Shown here one piece after another: positions 37,397-44,345 of a stretch of 64,000 nt of DNA. The translations under genes were made by a program, and so were the position numbers. The notes under the pieces are model-generated. The model ran no database searches. It was not told the DNA's origin and saw only the letters and a list, made by a program, of their open reading frames with translations. Position 1 is the first letter of the stretch, and every line of letters starts with the position of its first letter. The DNA is from a virus (Duplodnaviria > Caudoviricetes), in IMG/VR virus record IMGVR_UViG_3300032246_000397, positions 186-64,185 of that record. One strand, 5' to 3'.

Positions 37397-37599
37397 GGTA
37401 AGTATCCTTTCTCATCGCCGAATGACTGCTCATACTTGTCGAGCCAGTCGTTGAACTCCGCTTCGTGGATCGCCCACTCTTCGTCGCTATCTTCCATTCC
37501 ACTTAGTCGTGGATCAAGGTTTTGGAAGGTTTTACTGCCAGCACTTCGTTTGCTCCTCTCCTCATTGAATTGAATCATTGCTTGCTTTAGTTTGCCCAT
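37393..37599 (-). CDS. Hypothetical protein with acidic C-terminus
   Basis: AAGGAG RBS before ATG 37599. Confidence 0.55.
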   Translation of the reverse strand: MGKLKQAMIQFNEERSKRSAGSKTFQNLDPRLSGMEDSDEEWAIHEAEFNDWLDKYEQSFGDEKGYLP

Positions 37600-37703
37600 G
37601 TCCTTCTCCTTCATTAGAGTTGTAAATTCCACTACATCGTGGAAAGCTAAATAGCGTTGCTGGGTTCGGGTTGCTTCGTGAAATGTCGCCCATCAACATT
37701 ATT

Positions 37704-37732
37704 AGTATACCACAACTTTACTTATTAATCAA
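37704..37732 (-). promoter_or_regulatory. Sigma70 promoter, class B (TTGATT-N17-TATACT)
   Basis: Consensus spacing; -35 overlaps IHF consensus AATCAAGCTCTTA (37727-37739). Confidence 0.75.
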
Positions 37733-37767
37733 GCTCTTATATGACTTTTTTATACGAGACAAGAACC

Positions 37768-38138
37768 AAAAAATTCCAAGTTCGGTTGAAAAATTCCAGT
37801 AAAATTCCAAGTTCAAAAACCGATTTGGAATTTTTTTAGACGAGGTAAAATCGGGCTGGAAGCCTTATGTTATCTACTAGTAGTAGTAGTAAGATATATA
37901 TAAATATATAAAAAATTCCAAAATTCCAGTAAATAAAATAGAGGGCGGTACCTTGTAGTCGTTTTTTGCACTGGCTGGGCAAAGTCTTTGCTTGCTAAAT
38001 ATTTCCAATTTACCCTGCCCCCTCCTAAAAAAACTTGGAATTTTGGAATTTTTTAGAAATGTCCTTATAGATCAATGTCTTACAAGCGAAAAAAATTCCA
38101 ACTAGGTAAAAAAGTTCTGAATAGGTTTTTGGAATTTT
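37768..38138. repeat. Putative replication origin: 10 AAAATTCCA iterons in both orientations plus AT-rich tract
   Basis: + copies at 37770, 37790, 37801, 37912, 37920, 38092; - copies at 37826, 38036, 38044, 38130; GATATATATAAATATATA at ~37893. Confidence 0.7.
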
Positions 38139-38280
38139 TGATTTTGCATTGGGCCTGCTGTGTCTGAGCCACGTAACCTATCATTTCTTAGAATTCTAAA
38201 TGATGCATAGCCAAATTCCACTAGACCGTGGAAAGCTAAATAGCGACCTTGTGCTGGCAAAGGCAAGGCGTTCGCGCACG

Positions 38281-38307
38281 CGCTCGAGAACAAATAACTG
38301 GCTTCAA
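38281..38307. repeat. Conserved 27-bp box, copy 1
   Basis: CGCTCGAGAACAAATAACTGGCTTCAA. Confidence 0.9.
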
Positions 38308-38320
38308 AATCGCTAGGCGC

Positions 38321-38353
38321 AAAAAAAGGGACAGGGCAATTAAGCCCCATCCC
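38321..38353 (-). terminator. Intrinsic terminator
   Basis: GGGATGGGGC...GCCCTGTCCC-T7 after stop of 38365-38955. Confidence 0.7.
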
Positions 38354-38364
38354 TTAGAACTATC

Positions 38365-38955
38365 TTACTTGATAGCTTTTACAATCGCACTGATTACAGC
38401 ATCATCTACTGTACTATCTCCCCTGCCCTTAGCTGTCTTAGCACGGGTTTTGATAGTGTCTACTGTTTCAGCCAACCAAACAGCAAAATCTTTGGTAGGC
38501 GCACGGTCATGAGTCTTACCGTCCAGCTTATCCTTGTATTGCTTAACGTATCGTTTAAGATCCTTCATACGGTTGGATTTGTAATCGGACCAGTCATCCC
38601 GCCATCCCTTATGAATACCATGCTTGACGGGATCTTCGTTACGCCATTTACCAAACTCTTGAGAAGAGTAGGACATCACGACGTTGATATCAACCTTAAA
38701 TGCGCCATCAGTATCTTCTGATACTGGGATCCAATCAGCACTGTAGTACTGGGGAGGATTTAGCTCATTAAAACGTAACATCTGACCCGACTCAATCTCT
38801 ACTTTGATTTCATCAGGAATGGCATCTAAAAACGACGGGCATTTATTGTAGATAAACTGACCGATATTAATACCACGTTCAGAACTGATACAGCCTTGAT
38901 AGCTTGCGTCCTTCAAGCTAGTGATTTCGGACGTGAATGATTTTTTGATAATCAT
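38365..38955 (-). CDS. Early protein of unknown function, paralogue B
   Basis: Shares ITSxKD, PDExK, LRFNExN, GKxxNExP, WRD, YxSNRxxDLKR and AKxRGD with 39140-39787. Confidence 0.8.
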   Translation of the reverse strand: MIIKKSFTSEITSLKDASYQGCISSERGINIGQFIYNKCPSFLDAIPDEIKVEIESGQMLRFNELNPPQYYSADWIPVSEDTDGAFKVDINVVMSYSSQEFGKWRNEDPVKHGIHKGWRDDWSDYKSNRMKDLKRYVKQYKDKLDGKTHDRAPTKDFAVWLAETVDTIKTRAKTAKGRGDSTVDDAVISAIVKAIK

Positions 38956-38992
38956 CTCCTATATCTGACAGACCATTCTGTCATTAACTACA

Positions 38993-39021
38993 GTTCTACA
39001 CGACAGACCCCCTTATGTAAA
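38993..39021 (-). promoter_or_regulatory. Early promoter, class A (TTTACA-N17-TAGAAC)
   Basis: One of three aligned copies. Confidence 0.7.
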
Positions 39022-39065
39022 GTTCCATGACCTAGTGGACTCTTAAACAATGCGCTCGCTCGGTG

Positions 39066-39092
39066 CGCTCGAGGACAAATAACTGGTTTCAA
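39066..39092. repeat. Conserved 27-bp box, copy 2
   Basis: CGCTCGAGGACAAATAACTGGTTTCAA. Confidence 0.9.
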
Positions 39093-39104
39093 AATCGCAG
39101 GGCG

Positions 39105-39133
39105 AAAAAAAGGGGAGAGCCGAAGCCCTCCCC
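39105..39133 (-). terminator. Intrinsic terminator (UUCG loop)
   Basis: GGGGAGGGC-TTCG-GCTCTCCCC-T7. Confidence 0.85.
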
Positions 39134-39139
39134 AATCTG

Positions 39140-39787
39140 TTACTTATTCCATTGAACCATAAAAGCGTCAACGGCTAACTTCAACTTCGCCTCGTTCGCG
39201 GTCTCATCACCACGAGACTTAGCGTTCTTGCACTTCACGATCAAACCTTGATCGCCCTTGAACACTTCAACCACGCGTTGATTAAAGTCTAGCGTAGCGC
39301 CACGCTCTTTCGTTTTACCCTCGTTCAGGATAGTACGGGCTTGGCGCTTTAGATCGCCTAAGCGGTTAGAGCAGTAGGTGTTCACCTTGTCGCGCCATGA
39401 CTTGATGATTGCGTGTAGGTACGGATTTTCGTTTTTCAACTTACCGTACTGTTGTTGACTGAAACTGAAAGCGTAGTCAACACCAACAACCACCTTTTCA
39501 CGCTCATCTTCGAGAGCAGGGTTTGAGCCGTCGATCAATAAATAGTGATCGTTAACAATCGCGTAGCGTTCGGCTTTGTTCACTTCGTTAAAGCGTAAAC
39601 GATAGCCGTCATACAACTGCTCTTTGACTTCGTCGGGTACAGTTTCGGGAAACCCCTTTGACTGCTCCATAACATAGCGAGCAACACCACGCATACGGTC
39701 ATTAGCAACCGCTTGTTTATACGCACCATCTTTGAAAGAGGTGATCTGATCGTTTACTGCAGGTACTGCGAGGGCTTTAGTAGCCAT
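39140..39787 (-). CDS. Early protein of unknown function, paralogue A
   Basis: TAAGGAG RBS; own promoter and terminator; paralogous to 38365-38955. Confidence 0.85.
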   Translation of the reverse strand: MATKALAVPAVNDQITSFKDGAYKQAVANDRMRGVARYVMEQSKGFPETVPDEVKEQLYDGYRLRFNEVNKAERYAIVNDHYLLIDGSNPALEDEREKVVVGVDYAFSFSQQQYGKLKNENPYLHAIIKSWRDKVNTYCSNRLGDLKRQARTILNEGKTKERGATLDFNQRVVEVFKGDQGLIVKCKNAKSRGDETANEAKLKLAVDAFMVQWNK

Positions 39788-39847
39788 AGTAATGCTCCTT
39801 ATAAAATAAGTACTGCATGGGCAACACCATTGTTAACCCATGATTAA

Positions 39848-39876
39848 GTTATACGCTCACACGCTCCATATGTAAA
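39848..39876 (-). promoter_or_regulatory. Early promoter, class A (TTTACA-N17-TATAAC)
   Basis: One of three aligned copies. Confidence 0.7.
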
Positions 39877-39920
39877 GTTTCACCCCCTAGTGGATAGCTA
39901 GGCAACGCGCGCGCTTGATT

Positions 39921-39947
39921 CGCTCGAGGACAAATAACTGGTATCAA
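39921..39947. repeat. Conserved 27-bp box, copy 3
   Basis: CGCTCGAGGACAAATAACTGGTATCAA. Confidence 0.9.
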
Positions 39948-39952
39948 TAGGC

Positions 39953-39980
39953 AAAAAGAAAGCCGACCCGAAGGTCGGCT
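39953..39980 (-). terminator. Intrinsic terminator (UUCG loop)
   Basis: AGCCGACC-TTCG-GGTCGGCT-TTCTTTTT. Confidence 0.85.
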
Positions 39981-39985
39981 AAGTA

Positions 39986-40309
39986 CTACAAGGAATTGCT
40001 ACACATTCCACCATGCTTAAGTATCACTTGAATGATTACCTCAGCAGGAACCCAACAGAATACGGTGCTATCTTCACACTCATGAAAGGGCATGAGTAGC
40101 TCTTCATGCTGACTTGGATAACCTACCTCATACTGCACATATGCTGTAGTGTTATCAGTACGAGGCGTTGAGTAATGGTGCTTACTTGCCTGTACTGACA
40201 TGGTGAAACCGTCAGCACATTCGATTGGCGTAGCAACATTAGTGCTATCTTTAGTACTAGCTATATGCTTATTGATAGCAGTCCAAGTAGGTAGGATATT
40301 GACTCTCAT
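39986..40309 (-). CDS. Hypothetical early protein
   Basis: AAGGAG RBS before ATG 40309; CADGFTMSVQAS..HYS.PR..EVGYPS motif seen in phage ORFs. Confidence 0.65.
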   Translation of the reverse strand: MRVNILPTWTAINKHIASTKDSTNVATPIECADGFTMSVQASKHHYSTPRTDNTTAYVQYEVGYPSQHEELLMPFHECEDSTVFCWVPAEVIIQVILKHGGMCSNSL

Positions 40310-40473
40310 TCTATTTCTCCTTCTGCGCTTATTAGTAAAGTAATACCGATAGTTGATACGACAGTGCCTGCGATATACAGTAGACCGCCATGCTCCCATG
40401 TGTTGACCACAAAGAAACAAAATGCAACAGTGTTGACGAACATTAAGAACATCAGTGATTTGAATGTAAACAT
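40306..40473 (-). CDS. Small two-TM membrane protein
   Basis: AAGGAG RBS before ATG 40473; two hydrophobic segments. Confidence 0.6.
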   Translation of the reverse strand: MFTFKSLMFLMFVNTVAFCFFVVNTWEHGGLLYIAGTVVSTIGITLLISAEGEIE

Positions 40474-40516
40474 TTGAAACTCCTTGATTAGTGGGGGGCT
40501 TGCGCCCCCCTGTTGG

Positions 40517-40744
40517 TTATAAGAACTTGCGTACAATCCACTGAGCGTTGATGTAGTCAGGCTTGATGGACATCCGATTAAGTTCCTTGAACTTGGCTAG
40601 TGTTGCTTGCCCTTCATCAAACGTCAGGCAATGATGTCGTGCCAGTGTGATACGTTTGAACTTATGTTTAGTATCTAGCAAGTGGTTAACAGGATTAACT
40701 ACTAACATCTCTATTACTAATGTACCTTCTAATTGGTCTTGCAT
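40517..40744 (-). CDS. First early gene, hypothetical
   Basis: AAGGAG RBS before ATG 40744. Confidence 0.6.
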   Translation of the reverse strand: MQDQLEGTLVIEMLVVNPVNHLLDTKHKFKRITLARHHCLTFDEGQATLAKFKELNRMSIKPDYINAQWIVRKFL

Positions 40745-40799
40745 GACATTCTCCTTGTAGTTAGTCATATGGTTTGCACTATTGCTTACCATGATTTAA

Positions 40800-40828
40800 G
40801 TTATACATGCCCTATCCCCATATGTAAA
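40800..40828 (-). promoter_or_regulatory. Early promoter, class A (TTTACA-N17-TATAAC)
   Basis: One of three aligned copies. Confidence 0.7.
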
Positions 40829-40829
40829 G

Positions 40830-41120
40830 TTTGCGGGCGCGCGACAACACCCCCATACACCCGTTTACCAGCTTGGTTCCATCCGCGCCCCATACCCCCT
40901 AATACAGACGAATAACTCCACAAATTTCTCAAACACAGACGCCTCAATTAATGCTTTAACCTATTGATATACAAACAAAAAAACATATATTTTTAACCGC
41001 CAAGACGTACCCCCTTGTAGTTTTTATGTCCTACGCCACAGATTCCGCCATACAGAACACCCCCCGTCTGTTTTAGATTAGGCATATCCCCATATACATT
41101 TTTGTAAATTTTAAGATACA
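40830..41120. other. Divergent non-coding region, candidate genome end / pac region
   Basis: Strand switch point; C-run repeats on + strand; IHF consensus at 40957-40969; upstream of packaging genes. Confidence 0.4.
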
Positions 41121-41155
41121 ATTGGTGCACCGCAACATAACTTATGGAGAAAACC

Positions 41156-41293
41156 ATGTTTGATTTTGAAAAGCAGTATAAAGATGCATTAAATAAGTTT
41201 GAAATTGTAGCTAACCAAACTAAGCAAGCGTATGAGTTTTGGCTAAGTACCGTAATGGATACTTGGAAAGACCTTTACAGCAATAAGAAGTAA
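41156..41293 (+). CDS. 45-aa amphipathic mini-protein (phasin-like?), not in ORF track
   Basis: GGAG RBS; MFDFEKQYKDALNKFEIVANQTKQAYEFWLSTVMDTWKDLYSNKK; preceded by TGCACCGCA. Confidence 0.65.
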   Translation: MFDFEKQYKDALNKFEIVANQTKQAYEFWLSTVMDTWKDLYSNKK

Positions 41294-41398
41294 TAGAATC
41301 AAGGGGTTACGCAAAAAAAGTGCATGAAACTTTAATAAAACGTAACCCCAGCTACCTAAAAAAAGTGTAGTAAACTACACAAAACGGGGGGCTGATGA

Positions 41399-41887
41399 AT
41401 GAAATTTACTGTAAGGAAGGTGGACATTCGGGTCCCTTCTGTTCAAACCACACTACTTTTTCTACAAAAGAAAATACTTCCGGCGGATACTCCGTACAAG
41501 CCAGACCGAGGACATTGGTGGATTGCGTATGCAGAGGATGGAAAGCCTGTCGCCTTTGCGGGTTTGGTCCGCTCGATCAAATGGACAGATACAGGATATT
41601 TATGTAGAGCAGGTGTACTTGATAATTTTACTGGGCACGGTTTACAAAAGCGTTTAATATCTGTAAGAATACGGAAAGCAAAAGAGCTGGGTTGGAATTG
41701 GTTAATTACGGACACTACAAATAACCCAGCTTCCTCTAATTCTCTTATTAGCACAGGATTTAAAATATATACTCCGGGGCAACCTTGGGGTTTTAAAAAC
41801 GCAATCTACTGGAAATATAAGGTTCAGCAAGATGCCGTACAAAGACGAGAACGTAAGAAAAGCGTATCACAAACTACAGAGCCATAA
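41399..41887 (+). CDS. GNAT acetyltransferase
   Basis: YLCRAGV...TGHGLQKRL, N.ASSNSL...GF. Confidence 0.8.
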   Translation: MKFTVRKVDIRVPSVQTTLLFLQKKILPADTPYKPDRGHWWIAYAEDGKPVAFAGLVRSIKWTDTGYLCRAGVLDNFTGHGLQKRLISVRIRKAKELGWNWLITDTTNNPASSNSLISTGFKIYTPGQPWGFKNAIYWKYKVQQDAVQRRERKKSVSQTTEP

Positions 41888-42179
41888 GTACTATTTAAAG
41901 AACAAAGAAAAAGTATTAGCTGCAGTAAAAATACAAAGAGCATTGGGTAAAGCTAAGTGGGATATATTTAAACGCACGCTTAAGTGCACACAGTGCGAGT
42001 TCGCCCACCCAGCAGCACTAGACTTTCATCACAAAGACCCCAGCAAAAAAGAAAACCTAGTTAGCAAACTAGTCAGCAACGGTTGTTTTGCTGCGGCTAT
42101 GAAAGAAGCTAAAAAGTGTATTGTGCTATGCGCCAACTGCCACCGGATACATCACCACAACGAGAATCATGCGGCATGA
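41832..42179 (+). CDS. HNH endonuclease (packaging-associated)
   Basis: CTQC..LDFHH...LCANCHRIHH. Confidence 0.85.
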   Translation: MPYKDENVRKAYHKLQSHKYYLKNKEKVLAAVKIQRALGKAKWDIFKRTLKCTQCEFAHPAALDFHHKDPSKKENLVSKLVSNGCFAAAMKEAKKCIVLCANCHRIHHHNENHAA

Positions 42180-42209
42180 TGGCATGATGGCATGAAAGTA
42201 AACAAATTC

Positions 42210-42238
42210 TTTACAATAAACAGACAAATCTTTACAAT
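42210..42238 (+). promoter_or_regulatory. Sigma70 promoter TTTACA-N17-TACAAT, 6 nt before ATG (leaderless?)
   Basis: Consensus spacing; no SD before ATG 42245. Confidence 0.65.
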
Positions 42239-42244
42239 CCGAAC

Positions 42245-42811
42245 ATGGATGCTTTAATACCCCAAATAGAAGAGAACATTCCCCTTCCCAAAAACGCTAC
42301 CGAAGCGTTTCCTGAGCTCACACCCCAAGAAGAATTAAACATGCGGGCTAATGTAGTGAAGCTAATGTCTGATTTAACGGGCCAACCTATTGCTCCAACG
42401 CAAGAAAACATTAAAGAAGCTAAAGAATTAGCTGTGCAAATGGCAGAAAACCCCAAATATCGCCCAGAATTTGGTAAATACCCTAATGAAACGCTTGCTA
42501 TGCTAGCTGGCATGGTAGCCCAGATGAATGTAAGCATAGTAGATCAGCTTTCTGACCTAAAAACCTACGTAGTTAACAACTTAGTAAGCTCCGTAGAGGC
42601 TTCTAAGGACGTAAAAACCAAAATTGCGGCACTTCGGGCGCTTGGAGAGGTAGATGGGGTTGATGCGTTCAAGAAAAGAACCGAAATTACCCACAAAATT
42701 CAGACTATGGAAGAGGTTGAGACTGAATTAATGACTCTTTTAGACGAAGTTGAGGGTAAATACATAGATGTAGAGGCAAAAGAGCTACTAGACAAAGAAA
42801 ATAATGACTAG
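42245..42811 (+). CDS. Putative terminase small subunit
   Basis: Immediately upstream of terL; helical, ALRALG...F..R.EI motif. Confidence 0.6.
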   Translation: MDALIPQIEENIPLPKNATEAFPELTPQEELNMRANVVKLMSDLTGQPIAPTQENIKEAKELAVQMAENPKYRPEFGKYPNETLAMLAGMVAQMNVSIVDQLSDLKTYVVNNLVSSVEASKDVKTKIAALRALGEVDGVDAFKKRTEITHKIQTMEEVETELMTLLDEVEGKYIDVEAKELLDKENND

Positions 42812-44336
42812 TACTACCCTAAAACTGTCTCAAGAGCAGCTATTTAAGCTGCGACAACTAGTAAAAAACCCTAAAACTCCCGATGCAATTAAACGAAAAG
42901 CAAAGGACTTATTAGCTAAATATGACGAATTTCTCACCCAAGAACGAGGAAGAATATCCTTTTTGGATTTTGTTAAACACGTATACCCAGGCTATAAGGT
43001 CGGGGCACATCACCTCAAACTGGCTCAAATTTTTGAAGAAATTGCTGCAGGAAAGAAAAAACGTGTCATTGTTAATATTGCTCCGCGACACGGTAAGTCT
43101 GAGCTCATTTCCTATCTGGCCCCTGCCTGGTTTCTTGGAAAGTATCCGCAAAAGAAAATTATCATGGGTTCCCATACAGCGGATCTGGCTGTTAACTTTG
43201 GACGCCGTGTTAGGAACCTTGTGGGTTCAGAACCGTATAAAACAATTTTTCCGCAGGTAGAACTACAGGCTGACAGTAAATCGGCATCACGTTGGGGAAC
43301 AAATTTTAATGGAGAGTACTTTGCTATTGGTGTGGGCGGTGCTTTGGCTGGACGTGGTGCTGATCTTTTTATCATTGATGATCCTCATAGCGAGCAGGAT
43401 GCTAAGACTGGGCGGGCTGAAGTTTTTTTACCTGCTTGGGAGTGGTTTCAGTCTGGTCCTTTGCAACGCCTTATGCCTGGGGGCGCTATTATTATTGTCA
43501 TGACTCGATGGAGTAAACTTGACTTAACCGGACAAATAGTAAAACAACAAGAAAACAACGACGAAGTTGACAAATGGGAAGTCATTGAATTTCCTGCAAT
43601 TAAAGACGATGGCGAGAGCCTTTGGCCCGAGTTTTGGCCTGTTGAAGAGTTGTTAGCAAAGAAAGCAGCACTTGACATAAGGTATTGGAATGCTCAGTAC
43701 ATGCAAAATCCAGTGTCTGAAGAAGGTGCTCTGATTAAACGGGAGTGGTGGAACGTATGGGACAAAGACGACCCGCCAAATTGTGAATTTATTATCATGT
43801 CGCTAGACGCGGCTCAGGAGGCTACAAACCGTGCGGACTACAATGCGCTCACGACGTGGGGCGTCTTCTTTAACGAAGAGGTCAACAACTACAACATCAT
43901 ACTCCTCAACGCGATTAAAAAACGACTGGAGTTTCCAGAACTCAAAAAGCTTGTTCTTGAAGAGTATAAAGAATGGCAACCAGATGCGTTCATGGTTGAA
44001 AAGAAGTCCAATGGGGCGGCACTCTATCAAGAGCTCAGACGTATGGGTATACCGGTCGGGGAGTTCACACCTGGCAAAGGGCAAGATAAAATCGCTCGCG
44101 TTAATGCTGTCTCTGATTTGTTCTCGGGAGGCGTCGTCTGGGCGCCGGAACACCGCTGGGCAAAGGAAGTGATTGAGGAGTGTAATGATTTTCCTAGCGG
44201 ATTAAACGACGATCTGGTAGACTCTACTACATTAGCTCTGTTAAGATTCAGACAAGGTGGATTCATTCGCCTTCCAAATGACGAACCAGAAGAAGATTTC
44301 TTGTACAAGTACCGCAAAAAAGCGGCGTACTATTAA
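42804..44336 (+). CDS. terL: Terminase large subunit
   Basis: APRHGKS, GRGAD, IIDDP, MTRW, YMQNP, DDLVDS. Confidence 0.95.
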   Translation: MTSTTLKLSQEQLFKLRQLVKNPKTPDAIKRKAKDLLAKYDEFLTQERGRISFLDFVKHVYPGYKVGAHHLKLAQIFEEIAAGKKKRVIVNIAPRHGKSELISYLAPAWFLGKYPQKKIIMGSHTADLAVNFGRRVRNLVGSEPYKTIFPQVELQADSKSASRWGTNFNGEYFAIGVGGALAGRGADLFIIDDPHSEQDAKTGRAEVFLPAWEWFQSGPLQRLMPGGAIIIVMTRWSKLDLTGQIVKQQENNDEVDKWEVIEFPAIKDDGESLWPEFWPVEELLAKKAALDIRYWNAQYMQNPVSEEGALIKREWWNVWDKDDPPNCEFIIMSLDAAQEATNRADYNALTTWGVFFNEEVNNYNIILLNAIKKRLEFPELKKLVLEEYKEWQPDAFMVEKKSNGAALYQELRRMGIPVGEFTPGKGQDKIARVNAVSDLFSGGVVWAPEHRWAKEVIEECNDFPSGLNDDLVDSTTLALLRFRQGGFIRLPNDEPEEDFLYKYRKKAAYY

Positions 44337-44345
44337 GGATAGATT

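Noticed and set aside
37848-37875. dif (XerC/D) site suggested by TTATGTTA
   Set aside because: Only a partial XerD arm, with no XerC arm at the 6-bp spacing.
38102-38512. ORFs 38102-38350 (-) and 38249-38512 (+)
   Set aside because: They cross a terminator, repeat box and iterons or lie antisense to a real gene, and have no RBS.
38281-39947. 27-bp repeats as a CRISPR array
   Set aside because: Spacing is ~800 bp with whole genes in between. The only Cas4-like gene is a typical phage exonuclease in the replication module.
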